From: an uncultured Planctomycetota bacterium | GTDB lineage: Bacteria; Planctomycetota; Brocadiia; CAIUPP01 | NCBI GenBank assembly: GCA_903901045.1 | Contig: CAIUPP010000060.1 | Coordinates: 6,661 to 70,660, forward strand | Length of the DNA: 64,000 nucleotides | Direction of reading: 5' to 3' | Shown here: positions 1-9,919 of the stretch, in pieces | Layout of the letters: every line of letters begins with the position of its first letter | Position numbering within the stretch: the stretch's first letter is position 1 | Translations under genes and position numbers: made by a program | The notes under the pieces: generated by a model | The model's input: the letters and a program-made list of their open reading frames with translations, nothing else | Database searches by the model: none | Told to the model about the DNA's origin: nothing

Positions 1-22
1 GGATCAGAGCGACGACGAGGCC

Positions 23-496
23 ATGAGCTGTTTCGATCAGCGTCTGGCAGCCATGTTTACCCGCGCCGAACTGGCCCGTGCGGTGAAACGGCTCTCGGAA
101 GCTCACGAGGCGAAAGTCCTCTACATGCCCACCGAGTACCATTGGCTCATTCTCGCCGACCTCCTGGAAACCGGCATCGAGTTGCACAATCAAGCAGCGG
201 ACGCGTTCGGGCCAAGAAGGGTGGGGAGCGTCCTCTTGGGGGAAATCGACTTCGACGTGGTGGCCGACATCTACTTTTGGGACACGGATTTCCTCATCGA
301 CGCCAAGGCGTTCAACACGATGGATGCCGAGGCCAAGAGGCAGATGGAGTTCAGCGAAGGCGTCTTCGGCGCGGTGAACCGGTTGAAGCCGCACCCGGCA
401 GACCTGGAGATGGCGCTCTGGCCTACCGACGGTTGGCAGTCGGAGAAAGGGCTATACCGGAAAGGCCGCAGCTACCCCCAGCGCCAGCAGTCATAG
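23..496 (+). CDS. hypothetical protein (frame is open to the window edge, so possibly 5'-partial)
   Basis: 157-aa ORF with balanced, protein-like composition and no recognisable motif. The reading frame stays open upstream to position 2. Confidence 0.4.
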   Translation: MSCFDQRLAAMFTRAELARAVKRLSEAHEAKVLYMPTEYHWLILADLLETGIELHNQAADAFGPRRVGSVLLGEIDFDVVADIYFWDTDFLIDAKAFNTMDAEAKRQMEFSEGVFGAVNRLKPHPADLEMALWPTDGWQSEKGLYRKGRSYPQRQQS

Positions 497-820
497 ATGG
501 GTGTTGTCCTCGACCTTGCCCCGTTGGTTGAACGACAATAGCCGGGACAGCGGTGCCGGCGATATAGGCCGCCGCATATAGGTAGTTCGACCCGGCATTC
601 TCCGCACATTGTTGAGAGCTGGGGCGCGATCTCAAAGCGGCGGTCGGTGTCCCCGGCCGCTGCCATTCTCCAACAGGAATATCTACTTGCTCTTTCTTGC
701 CAGTCGAATCTTTTTGATCTTGCCTTCTACAACCGTTTCAAAACCCTGCTTTGATCAATGCATGGCAATTCCCACAGAACCAACAATCAGAACTATCGTT
801 CCACAACTGTTTCGAAAAGA

Positions 821-1732
821 TTATAGAAAGACTAAACGTTGAGAGTCTTTGTGGCACAGCAGGGGGGTGGAAGCGAAAGTGGCGCCAAGTTCCCTGGCGA
901 CCTGTTCAAGACCAATCGCTTCGGTGGCGTAGTGGCCCAGTTCAATCCAGTCCATGCCTGATTCGCGATAATACTCAAGGGCATACTCGTCCACTTCGCC
1001 GCCGATGATGACTTCTGCGCCATGCTGTCGCAGAAGTTCCATGTATTGCAGGTTTGCCGAGAGGCTGACGCCGCCCCATCCGAGGCCCACCCGGCGTACC
1101 GTTCGCCGCCCGTCCCCCGCGCTCAGGCGGATGGCGGGGAGTTTCATTTTTTCCTTCACTTGTCGCGCCAGTTGCTCGAAGGGGGTCGGTTCGAGGTCAT
1201 AGACCAGCGTAAACTCATAACCTTTATGCCCTTCATGCACCGACGGAGGCGGAAAGCCCAGGTGCGCCCCCACCGCGCGCGGGATGCAGAATGCATCCAG
1301 GGTCCTGTGATACCTGGCCACGGCAATGCCATGGTTGTCATAGAATGCTGCGGTCTGTTTGTTGGCCAGCCAGTCCGCAGGAGGCGGACAACCCGGGTCG
1401 CGGGAGGGGGTTTCAAAGAAAGGCGTTTCGTGGGTGACGATCAGGTTCAAGTTATGCCGCAGGGCGGCTTCGCGCGCTCCCGCGTTGGCGAACCAGCACA
1501 GCAATATTCCCGTCAGTGGAGTTGACGGTGATCCACGGTACAGGCCGTCCTCAGGATAGGAGTCCCTGGCGAGGCTGGACAACCAGCGCAGGACGTCGCC
1601 TATAGTCGTTTGCGCCTTCGACCCCCTCGTTTGGGAGGAGGCTTCGACTGTGCGGGAAGCTCCGCGCGGCTTTTCGGGACAGCCAACTGGGGCCAATGGA
1701 CCTGTCCGGCTAACTCGATGGTGGGCTACCAT
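821..1732 (-). CDS. Nif3-like dinuclear metal centre protein (GTP cyclohydrolase 1 type 2 family)
   Basis: C-terminal '...EVIIGGEVDEYALEYYRESGMDWIELGHYATE' and central 'LIVTHETPFF' match the Nif3 signature. The tracked ORF reaches 1867 but overlaps the next gene, so an internal Met (aa 46) is the likelier start. The true start is uncertain. Confidence 0.55.
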   Translation of the reverse strand: MVAHHRVSRTGPLAPVGCPEKPRGASRTVEASSQTRGSKAQTTIGDVLRWLSSLARDSYPEDGLYRGSPSTPLTGILLCWFANAGAREAALRHNLNLIVTHETPFFETPSRDPGCPPPADWLANKQTAAFYDNHGIAVARYHRTLDAFCIPRAVGAHLGFPPPSVHEGHKGYEFTLVYDLEPTPFEQLARQVKEKMKLPAIRLSAGDGRRTVRRVGLGWGGVSLSANLQYMELLRQHGAEVIIGGEVDEYALEYYRESGMDWIELGHYATEAIGLEQVARELGATFASTPLLCHKDSQRLVFL

Positions 1733-1742
1733 TTCGGTTCTC

Positions 1743-2954
1743 TCATCGGTACGGAAATGGTTTCGGGTCGAGCCAGTCGGCCAGTTCTTTGCGAATGGCT
1801 TGAGCAAACCAGAAGTTGCCGTAGGGATTATAGTGGCCGAAGACCTGCGCGCCGGCGCGGCCCACATGCAGGCGGTTCAGGAACGCATCCAGCGACATTC
1901 GCCAGTTCTCGTATTCCTCCGACAGTTTGGGGAGGGTGTCCACGTATGTGAACCGGTTCTGCTTAAGGAAGGGGACAATCTCCGCGTCGAACCGTTCCCC
2001 CCTTTGGATATAGCCCCGCACGGTGGGGACGTCGTAGCTCAACAGCACCATGAGCCTGCGGTGGTTCTTCTCGCACCAGGAGCGGAGTTTCGTGCAGATG
2101 AACATGGAGGAACGCACACCGTAGGCGTAGTGGAGGCGGCGCGCATCGGCCGCGCGCGTCTTGCGGTTGCGCAGGTTGACCTTCAGACCGAAGGCTTCGG
2201 CCAGTTGTTCCAAGAACTCCACCGGCGCTTCGCCTCCCTCGCGCAGGGTGTATAGGGCGGCCACATGGTCGTCCTTGAAGGCGTTGTAGTAATTATCCTT
2301 TCCCACGAGCCAGCGCAGTTCTTCGGCGTTGCGGCACAGGCCGGGCAGTTCGACGAAGTCCCCCTTGGTGAGGTCATAGCGCACATGCGCCCATGGGAAA
2401 CCATGCACGGGGTAGCTGTCCTTCTTCCCGCGCGGGATATCCCGGATCATCCAACCCACGCGGATCCACCGTGCCGCGTCAATGTTACGCATGTGGTCGT
2501 CGTCCCAGATATTCAAGACAAGGTAGGGGGCGGCCAGGTTCTTGATTGCCTCGGTGCGCATGGCGCGGCGGTAGGCCTGATAGACCCCGTAACCACCCAC
2601 CCCGAAGTTGCGGATCGGCTCGTTGAAATGCGCCGCGAGTATCTCCTGCCACGTTTCGCCGCTGGCCACCTGCGCACATTGGGTGTAGCTGTCGCCGTAG
2701 GTATTGATCCGGCAGGGGCGGCCGGCGAAGTTGACCATCTTGCGGTGCCCGCCGTGCGGTTCATAGACGTAGGAATTGAGCGTGCCGTCCATGCCGTCGC
2801 GGAAAATGTAATCGCGTAAGAGGTAACCCAGCACCGGGTCGAATTCGATGAATGCCGGGTGCTTCTTGTCCAGAATGCGGTCAATCTCCGGCTTCGTGTA
2901 CGCGGCGACGTGAAGAAGGTGCTTGACGTCACGCAAACGGTCATTCTTACCCAT
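1743..2954 (-). CDS. putative SGNH/GDSL-type hydrolase
   Basis: 403-aa ORF. A 'YGDSYTQ' block resembles GDSL block I. Composition is aromatic-rich and enzyme-like. Confidence 0.5.
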   Translation of the reverse strand: MGKNDRLRDVKHLLHVAAYTKPEIDRILDKKHPAFIEFDPVLGYLLRDYIFRDGMDGTLNSYVYEPHGGHRKMVNFAGRPCRINTYGDSYTQCAQVASGETWQEILAAHFNEPIRNFGVGGYGVYQAYRRAMRTEAIKNLAAPYLVLNIWDDDHMRNIDAARWIRVGWMIRDIPRGKKDSYPVHGFPWAHVRYDLTKGDFVELPGLCRNAEELRWLVGKDNYYNAFKDDHVAALYTLREGGEAPVEFLEQLAEAFGLKVNLRNRKTRAADARRLHYAYGVRSSMFICTKLRSWCEKNHRRLMVLLSYDVPTVRGYIQRGERFDAEIVPFLKQNRFTYVDTLPKLSEEYENWRMSLDAFLNRLHVGRAGAQVFGHYNPYGNFWFAQAIRKELADWLDPKPFPYR

Positions 2955-2981
2955 ACGCCATTCTCCATGAAAGGGTCTTGT

Positions 2982-4061
2982 TCAGGAGGAAACCGTGGAC
3001 ATCCTCCGTACGCGTTCGAGCCAGGAACGCGCCTCCTCCGGCGCCGCGCCGGAGAGGACGAAAATGAAACGCGTCTCTTGTGGCGCATGGGACAAGAGGC
3101 GCTGGATATCCTCCTCTGTAATCCACGCGAGCACATGGATCGGCGCATCTTTTCCGGCGAAGTGATCCAGAATGGTCTGGTACCCGCGTTGTCCGGCGAC
3201 GCGGTTGAAAGCATAGAAACCGGGGATGCGCTTGAAGGACTCGAACTGGTGCTCTGCTTCCGCGCAGCAATGCATGCCCAAGCCGCAAAAAGTTTCCGCC
3301 AGATCAACTAACTCCGGCAGGCAGAACTCTTCGAATAAGGGCGTGCCGAAACTCCCACACTCGTCATTGGAGACCCACGGCCCCATCTCCGGCGGCGCCC
3401 AAACGGTGGGACAATGGCATGGACTGCATTGAGGAAACTCCTTGCGAAACTCCCGCAGGAAGGTCTTCAATAGATGGGTGCATTTGTGCACCAGTCGTTT
3501 GACGGCGGCCTTGCCTTCGGGGTCCATCATTGCGCAAAGAAAGTCTTCCTTGTTCCAGATCAAAGCGGCCGTGTCAAATCCGCTCTGCATGTCCGGGGGG
3601 GACAGGCACACGTTGGGTCCCAGGCGGTGTTGGACAGCGTGAGCCAGTTCGAATACTCGGTAGAGCGTAGGGGACTTCCAGATATCCGGCGCCGGAAGTT
3701 GGTCTGCTTCCTGTGCGGTGTGAACACGCGGCAGCGCGCAGGGGCTGCTGCCTTCCATGCATTTGGCCTCGCAGCCGAAAGCGCTGGCGAAGAGATGCGT
3801 TCCGGTCTCCAGCCGGGCACACGGGACGCTATGGTCGCCGAGGTGGGCGACGGAGCGAACCTGCCGTTCATAGTTCTCCACCACCCAGGGTACCCATGTG
3901 TCGACCGGCTTGGCCGACAGCGTGTAGTCGTAATCGGGGTGTTCTGATATCTGAACCAGCGGCGGCACACAGCAGAAAGCATGGCCCTGGAAGGGACCTT
4001 TGCTGTAGAGGTTGCGAAGGAACGCTTCATTACGATCTATCAGGGGAACGACATTTGACAT
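2982..4061 (-). CDS. uroporphyrinogen decarboxylase (URO-D)/MtaA-like family protein
   Basis: 359 aa. 'ETFCGLGMHCCAEAEHQFESFKRIPGF' resembles the URO-D/MtaA TIM-barrel family and contains a His-Cys-Cys cluster. Paralogous to the ORFs at 15440 and 26482. Confidence 0.6.
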   Translation of the reverse strand: MSNVVPLIDRNEAFLRNLYSKGPFQGHAFCCVPPLVQISEHPDYDYTLSAKPVDTWVPWVVENYERQVRSVAHLGDHSVPCARLETGTHLFASAFGCEAKCMEGSSPCALPRVHTAQEADQLPAPDIWKSPTLYRVFELAHAVQHRLGPNVCLSPPDMQSGFDTAALIWNKEDFLCAMMDPEGKAAVKRLVHKCTHLLKTFLREFRKEFPQCSPCHCPTVWAPPEMGPWVSNDECGSFGTPLFEEFCLPELVDLAETFCGLGMHCCAEAEHQFESFKRIPGFYAFNRVAGQRGYQTILDHFAGKDAPIHVLAWITEEDIQRLLSHAPQETRFIFVLSGAAPEEARSWLERVRRMSTVSS

Positions 4062-4109
4062 GTCCGAGTTGGCCTCCTCTTTGGTATTGGCGGGATTCTT
4101 CTTCGGGGA

Positions 4110-7106
4110 CTACTTCTTCAGCAAGTGATTTCGCAGTTCAATAACGCTCTTTCCAATTGGGATAGCATGAACGTGGCGCGCACCCGCCCAATCAATCAGT
4201 GCATAATAGCGGTGGAAACCGGGATCTCCCGGTACATGCGGAGGCGGTGCGGTTTCGAGAACTAGGCGATCACCGTCAACCTCGGATCCCAACACGGTGG
4301 CAAACGTGCGGCAGAGGCGTGGTTCCTCCGCGGCCCCATATTGCCAGCACAATTCGTAGTCGCTGGCTCGGTTGGGCATGAAGACCGTCAAATCGTTGGC
4401 ATATAGCCATGGTTTCCCATCCAGCCGCATACGAGCCGGAGCGGCCCGCAGCCTCACCCGCGGAGCGAAGAGGAATGGCGTGGTGGTGGCCACGCGCACG
4501 CGCGCCGTGTACCACCCATCGCGCTCCCGAATGTCAGAGATTAGAACGGTATGCTGAGAACCCCAGCCCCAGGTAATCTCGCCGCCAATGAGGCTGTCCC
4601 GGGAAATGGTGGCCTCTTCGCCGGGGTAATGGAGGACTTTCAGGTAGTCGCGGTTAGGATGCCTTATGGACTCCGTTACGCCGCGGTAATGCCACCATCC
4701 CCGCTCCCGAACCCGGCAAGCGACGTCAGCGGCGGGCTTAAGAGCAATTACTGCCGAGACGGCAATGGGGTACGACGACGCGACATGGACCAGCGCTTCG
4801 GAACCTTCGAGATTGTATATTCGGGGCTCAAACAGACCTAAGAGATCTGCCAGTTGCTTCGCGCTCTGCCCTTGTAGGTGCCCGGAGGCTAGGAGCAATT
4901 CCACCGTGACTTTGTGAGACTCTCCGATCGCTGTATGAAAACTAATTCCGGGCCGTAATTTAAGGTCTTCAATCTCGGCCCCCTCAACAGAGACGCGCAG
5001 CAGGACTTCAGGCAGCAGCCCGTCTTTATCGTGCAACGCAAACTGAACCTCCGAGGCGTTCTGCGCCAACACGACGAATTCGTAATGCTCGTCCGGGCAG
5101 ATGTAGTTTGCGACTCGCCTGGGCTTTGCAGCGGGCGCGAGGGCTTGCCGCGTCACCTCCAAACGCAACCCGGGCAGGTCACTGAGCAGGCGAAGATGGC
5201 GCGTCTCCCGACGCTCCCCTTCATGTTCACGTACGTTGAGCACTTGCGCCACTTCGGCTAGTGCGCCTCCCGGCTCGAGTACTTGGTATATTTCGTCGCA
5301 CGCTCCCACTTCGTTGGTCATGGCTGGAGCTGCGAAGAATGGCGCGAAGATTTGAACGAGGTTGCCATTGCCGTAGAACTTCGCCGAGCGGGAGAGGTCC
5401 AAGTTCAGGACATTGAAATCCTTCCCCGGGAAGAACAGCATCTCCAATTCCTGGTTTCGGACGAAGCGTGTGTCGTCAGGCCAGGCGTGGCGAGGCAAAA
5501 GGCGGGTCAGTTCCTGAGGCGGTTGTTTCTTGAGCATACGCTTCAGGTCAATCGTGCCGCCTCGCCCGGTGTCCTTGAGCGTTCCAGTCAGGCAGGATCT
5601 GATCGGGTCCTGGGAAACCGCGTATACAGCGCGCTTTGTCTCGGGAGGACATACGCCATCGTCCACCGCCTCCCAGCAGAGTGCGGATGCCACGGTGTCT
5701 GATTCGTCCCGCCAACGTCGCTGCGCGAAAGCGAGAATCTGCGAGTATATCCAGTCCGGAGCAGCGGAGCGAGCGGGAATACCTTTGTGCGCATACTCGT
5801 CGCGAACGCAGCTATCCTCGCAAGGCCGCCGACTTTCTGCGCAGCCTTGGAGGTAATAGAAAGCGATCTCCTTGTTCCGGCGGTAGAAGTCCCTTGGATA
5901 CGGCGCAGCGGGAAACAGCCAATCGTAGCCGGTGTGGTGCGCATCGGACCCCACCCAGTGCGCCACGTAATTCGCGAACCCGGCGGAGTAACCATTGTTT
6001 TTGAGTTCCATTGCCGTGCCCGTGATGCCGCCGGATACCATCTGCATCACTCCGGGGTTGCACTGCCAAGCCTCGTCGGTCTCCCGAGGGGCGTCGTGGG
6101 GGAACATTTCGTAAATCGCCCCATCAACTGCGCCGGGGAGTTGCTCCACCCCGCCGACGCAACCGAACATTTCATTGACCGTCCGGTAGAAGAGCAGAAT
6201 CTGCTCGGAGGTCATGGCATCCAGAATTGCGCAATCGTCCAAAGAGAAAAGGAACAATTCCGCAAGCATGCCGTTCTTGTGCGCTAGGGCAAAGAGGCAC
6301 CGCAGGTCGCTGACCGTCCAGCGCGTATCTGTGGCCCTGCCGATCCCGGGCAGAGGCTTGCCATTTTCTCGAACATCCAGAAAATGTCCACCCGCAACGG
6401 CCGGGTTTACTTCGATCAGGTTCGCTCCCCACTTCCGCGCCTTGCGGACGGCCTGCTCCGCAATCTCCTCCCAAGACGCTTCCAGTCCCTGTGGGTTATC
6501 GAAGTTGATGTACGCCATCCAACCCCATGCGTCCAGCATCGGAAGGCCGGGATTTCTGCGCGAGAAGGTGTCTGGGGCCCGTCGAGTGTCCCTGAGGAGT
6601 TCAAGACCTAGAACTTCCACGCCGTCCCCTGCGTAGAACAACGGTCCGCAGCGGTCGCCGTTGCTGTTACGCAACTCCATTTCTACCTTCCGCTCCTCGT
6701 TCACGACGAATGAGGTCTCAAGCACCCATTCAGCCCTCTCGGCCAGTCGCCTTTCGTACAGGGCAGCGAGTTGATACCTGTCTTTGACTCCTTGCGTGAA
6801 CGCAAGCTTCTCGTTCGTCACGCCGTCACGTCGGGATCCCGGCCAGTTGTCATCGCTGTCCCCGGCGAAGGGGACGCCCAAGGCATCTACCGGGTGACCA
6901 TTAAGGTGGACCGTGAGCAGTTGATTATGCACTGCTTCACGAATGCGGATTCTTAAGCGATAGGCTCCCCGCTCCAACTGTCCGTTAAGGAAGAGGGCAG
7001 CAGGACCAGGGCTCGGGGAATGATCGCCACGAAGCCTAATAGGATAGCTGGCTTCGATTTTTCCCTCGTTCAGGCTGAGTTGTATCGATTTTGGGATGCC
7101 GTTCAT
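4110..7106 (-). CDS. large cytoplasmic hypothetical protein (998 aa), possibly a TIM-barrel glycosidase-like enzyme
   Basis: Long ORF without a signal peptide. Transcribed divergently from the GntR-type regulator. Contains 'DAWGWMAYINFDNPQG...GANLIEVNP'-type segments. Confidence 0.7.
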   Translation of the reverse strand: MNGIPKSIQLSLNEGKIEASYPIRLRGDHSPSPGPAALFLNGQLERGAYRLRIRIREAVHNQLLTVHLNGHPVDALGVPFAGDSDDNWPGSRRDGVTNEKLAFTQGVKDRYQLAALYERRLAERAEWVLETSFVVNEERKVEMELRNSNGDRCGPLFYAGDGVEVLGLELLRDTRRAPDTFSRRNPGLPMLDAWGWMAYINFDNPQGLEASWEEIAEQAVRKARKWGANLIEVNPAVAGGHFLDVRENGKPLPGIGRATDTRWTVSDLRCLFALAHKNGMLAELFLFSLDDCAILDAMTSEQILLFYRTVNEMFGCVGGVEQLPGAVDGAIYEMFPHDAPRETDEAWQCNPGVMQMVSGGITGTAMELKNNGYSAGFANYVAHWVGSDAHHTGYDWLFPAAPYPRDFYRRNKEIAFYYLQGCAESRRPCEDSCVRDEYAHKGIPARSAAPDWIYSQILAFAQRRWRDESDTVASALCWEAVDDGVCPPETKRAVYAVSQDPIRSCLTGTLKDTGRGGTIDLKRMLKKQPPQELTRLLPRHAWPDDTRFVRNQELEMLFFPGKDFNVLNLDLSRSAKFYGNGNLVQIFAPFFAAPAMTNEVGACDEIYQVLEPGGALAEVAQVLNVREHEGERRETRHLRLLSDLPGLRLEVTRQALAPAAKPRRVANYICPDEHYEFVVLAQNASEVQFALHDKDGLLPEVLLRVSVEGAEIEDLKLRPGISFHTAIGESHKVTVELLLASGHLQGQSAKQLADLLGLFEPRIYNLEGSEALVHVASSYPIAVSAVIALKPAADVACRVRERGWWHYRGVTESIRHPNRDYLKVLHYPGEEATISRDSLIGGEITWGWGSQHTVLISDIRERDGWYTARVRVATTTPFLFAPRVRLRAAPARMRLDGKPWLYANDLTVFMPNRASDYELCWQYGAAEEPRLCRTFATVLGSEVDGDRLVLETAPPPHVPGDPGFHRYYALIDWAGARHVHAIPIGKSVIELRNHLLKK

Positions 7107-7173
7107 TTCTGACTAACACTCAAAGGTGAAGGCTTCTTGCCAACGAGAATGCAGAAAATTGTTAGAATTGCCC

Positions 7174-7202
7174 TTGACAAATGAGATGCTACCATTTATT
7201 AT
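7174..7202 (+). promoter_or_regulatory. sigma70-like promoter (TTGACA-17 nt-TATTAT) for the GntR-type regulator, followed by an AGTAA-N5-AGTAA direct repeat and an AGGAGG RBS
   Basis: Consensus -35 TTGACA at 7174-7179, a 17-nt spacer, then TATTAT at 7197-7202. AGGAGG lies at 7223-7228 and a GTG start at 7236. Confidence 0.45.
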
Positions 7203-7235
7203 CAGTAACGTCAAGTAATGTAAGGAGGCGTCCGA

Positions 7236-8369
7236 GTGCAACAATGCCTTTCGAAGCTTCGGATAAACCCCAGCGGAGCTTCAGCCACGCATACTCAGAT
7301 ACGAGAGTTCCTCGAAGACAATATCCGCGATGGATGTCTGAGTCCTGGCAATCGTCTCCCTTCCACCGCCGAACTCGCCGAAATGTGGCGCGTAAGCCCC
7401 GTGTCAGTCCAGAAGGCCATGACGGAGTTGAAGGCGCACGGGTTCATCGAGCGCCGAATGCCCTACGGTACGTTTGTCCGCAGTGTGGAGCGGGATACGA
7501 CGATTGCCATCCTCGCAGGCAATCGGCTCATAAATGAAACGGCGTATTACCAGCGGATGCTCGTGGCATGCCTGTTCGAGGAACTTGCCGGCCGTTCCTG
7601 GAAGTCCATCTTGTACGACGGCTTCGATGTGGGCAATAGTTCAGAGGAAGTTCAGACCCTTTCGCGAAATCGGTTCATCGCCGATGCGAAGAGGCACCTC
7701 TTTTCTGGCTTGGTGATGATCGGCATGGGGTCGCCCGACTTCGAAGACATGGCTCCGCAAACGGGCCTACCGACGGTGCGCATCAGCACCGTGCTGAAAT
7801 TCTCGGATGTGACTTATGATGGCTATCAGTTCGGTTGGGACGTTATGGAATGGGCCAGCCGTAACGGGTTCCGCCGGGTGGCCTGCATGGGCATGAATGA
7901 AGACCAGCGCGGGGTGGGGGTGCAGGCAGGAGCGGCGCGGTTCAACCTTTTGGTGTCACATACCGACATGGGTGGAGTAGTCCTGGACAAAGTCGTCTAC
8001 GATCAAACAATGGCGATGATTGATGACTGGGCCCGTCGTAATGAGTATCCCGAGGCGCTGGTAGTGCGCGATGACGTGGCCATGCGCAGCGTGGCGCTGG
8101 CGTTGGCGCACCGGCAAGTCCAGGTGCCTCAGCAGTTGAAAGTCCTGACGTTGGCCACCAAGGGAACGCAAATCCATTACGGCATTCCTGTTACGAGATA
8201 TCAATTCTCTCCACAAGAGGAAGCCAGCGTGGCCATGTCCATCCTGTGGAAGAGGATTTTGCACGAAGCCCCCCCGCAAGTGCCGGTTCTGTTGCGGGGA
8301 AAGATCATTGAGGATCAGTTCAGTGGAGGAGGACCCGGACAGACAACGTCGGTCGGCGCGCTCGTGTGA
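7236..8369 (+). CDS. GntR-family HTH transcriptional regulator with a periplasmic-binding-protein-like (LacI-type) sugar-binding domain
   Basis: N-terminal 'IREFLEDNIRDGCLSPGNRLPSTAELAEMWRVSPVSVQKAMTELKAHGFIERRMPYGTFV' is a GntR-type winged HTH. The C-terminal ~270 aa looks like a PBP type-I fold. Confidence 0.8.
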   Translation: MQQCLSKLRINPSGASATHTQIREFLEDNIRDGCLSPGNRLPSTAELAEMWRVSPVSVQKAMTELKAHGFIERRMPYGTFVRSVERDTTIAILAGNRLINETAYYQRMLVACLFEELAGRSWKSILYDGFDVGNSSEEVQTLSRNRFIADAKRHLFSGLVMIGMGSPDFEDMAPQTGLPTVRISTVLKFSDVTYDGYQFGWDVMEWASRNGFRRVACMGMNEDQRGVGVQAGAARFNLLVSHTDMGGVVLDKVVYDQTMAMIDDWARRNEYPEALVVRDDVAMRSVALALAHRQVQVPQQLKVLTLATKGTQIHYGIPVTRYQFSPQEEASVAMSILWKRILHEAPPQVPVLLRGKIIEDQFSGGGPGQTTSVGALV

Positions 8370-8412
8370 CAGCTCCTAACAGGTGGTTTTTTGTGGATGA
8401 AGGGAGTCTATT

Positions 8413-9735
8413 ATGAAGCACTCGCTATGGACACGGTTGTCTGGCGCATTTACGTTGATCGAACTCCTCGTGGTAATCGCCATTATCGCCATTTTGGCCG
8501 GGCTGCTTTTGCCGGCGCTGGCGGCGGCACGCGAAAAGGCGCGCCGTACGACCTGCATCAACAACCTGAGCCAATTCTCCAAGGCGCTGGAAAGCTATTG
8601 CAGCGACTATTCCAGCTATTTCCCTTCCTCGCACCAGTATGGCGGCCAATGGATGGACGACAGCACCGCGGGGGCGGAAAAGATGCTGGTCTGTGGAGCG
8701 TATTCGGCGCGCACCCCCAGCAGCGGGACACAGACGATCAACACCATTGACCCTGAGAATTACCAGACCGTGGGCTACCCGACGTATATCGCCAGGGCAC
8801 AGCCGATTCAATACCTCCGGTGCATCTTCGCAGGCAAGCTTCCGGGCACCAAAGGCTATGATTCCGTCGCCCGCCCGGCCGGCCAACTCAACCTGGGTCC
8901 CGTGGGCCTGGGCATGCTCCTGACGGCTGGATACCTCGGCGATGCAAAGACCTTCTACTGCGCTTCCCATAATGTTTCTTCCTCCTTGGATGAGCAGAAG
9001 ATTACGCTGATCGGAAACAGCCGCGCCGACTACCGCTGGACGTATGCGTGCAGCCAGGGACAATGGAAGACGGCCGGCGGATTTGACGCCGCCACAGCGA
9101 TGACGGGCAACTGGGGCGCCGCCGTGACACCGTGGGAGTACCAGCCCTGGGGCCACTATGCGTTCGGCGGACGCGCGGTTTTCAGCTCCTATGCGTACCG
9201 CAACATGCCGGTGCTGACGTTGTACAGCGGCACCCAGGACCTGTCGGGCATGCTGGGCGTCACGTTGCGGGGCGGAAAGATGCGCGTCGCGTATGCTAAG
9301 CCGTTCGTCGAGCAATCTCTGAATGCGCCCGCCTTTAAGACGCAGAAACTGCTTGCCGGGCGCGCTATTGTATCTGATATGTTCGGAAAGGCTACTTGGA
9401 ATGATTCCAGTTGCAGCCCTATCAACAATCCAGGCGAAGGACTTCTGCACCACCGAGATGGCTATAACGTGCTCTATGGCGATTGGAGCGCCAAATGGTA
9501 CGGCGATCCGCAGCAGAGACTCATTTACTGGCCCAACAATGCTACGGAGTGTTACAGGAACGATACGTATTCGAGTGTGACGACGGACTGGGGACATTGG
9601 GGCAGCCCATCGTACTATGATCAAATCTCAGTGTACGCGACTCAATATGCTAGTGCGCAACATGTCGAGGGCAGTACGGGCGTGTGGCATATGTTTGACG
9701 TGAACGCGGGCACGGATGCCGATTCGCAGCCGTAA
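8413..9735 (+). CDS. DUF1559 / H-X9-DG protein with a prepilin-type N-terminal cleavage/methylation domain
   Basis: '[42 protein letters not shown]' is the classic type IV pilin-like N-methylation motif. The C-terminal '[14 protein letters not shown]' matches the H-X9-DG signature. The family is typical of PVC bacteria. Confidence 0.85.
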   Translation: MKHSLWTRLSGAFTLIELLVVIAIIAILAGLLLPALAAAREKARRTTCINNLSQFSKALESYCSDYSSYFPSSHQYGGQWMDDSTAGAEKMLVCGAYSARTPSSGTQTINTIDPENYQTVGYPTYIARAQPIQYLRCIFAGKLPGTKGYDSVARPAGQLNLGPVGLGMLLTAGYLGDAKTFYCASHNVSSSLDEQKITLIGNSRADYRWTYACSQGQWKTAGGFDAATAMTGNWGAAVTPWEYQPWGHYAFGGRAVFSSYAYRNMPVLTLYSGTQDLSGMLGVTLRGGKMRVAYAKPFVEQSLNAPAFKTQKLLAGRAIVSDMFGKATWNDSSCSPINNPGEGLLHHRDGYNVLYGDWSAKWYGDPQQRLIYWPNNATECYRNDTYSSVTTDWGHWGSPSYYDQISVYATQYASAQHVEGSTGVWHMFDVNAGTDADSQP

Positions 9736-9772
9736 GTCTCAGGCATCGCCGACAGCGTAGTGAGTTCCTGAT

Positions 9773-9812
9773 AACGCCCCGCCAGGTCGCGAGGCTTGGC
9801 GGGGCGTTTTGT
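9773..9812 (+). terminator. rho-independent terminator
   Basis: 'AACGCCCCGCC-aggtcgcgaggctt-GGCGGGGCGTT' stem-loop followed by TTTTGTT, 38 nt after the DUF1559 stop. Confidence 0.6.
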
Positions 9813-9919
9813 TCATCGCCGTGTCGCTAACCCACTGTTTGATCCGTGTTTCCCAATTCAAGTCCTTGTGGACTCATCTGGTCGTGCGCCACTATTGACT
9901 CCAATCAGGAGGCCGCCTG

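Noticed and set aside
826-851. AAGACT...AGTCTT hairpin near the 3' end of the Nif3-like gene
   Set aside because: Lies inside or adjacent to the stop codon on the coding strand and lacks a U-tract. Terminator function is not supported.
8425-9624. 399-aa minus-strand ORF antisense to the DUF1559 gene
   Set aside because: Arg/Ala/Gly/Pro-rich composition typical of antisense frames in high-GC DNA. The sense strand has a strong motif-supported gene.
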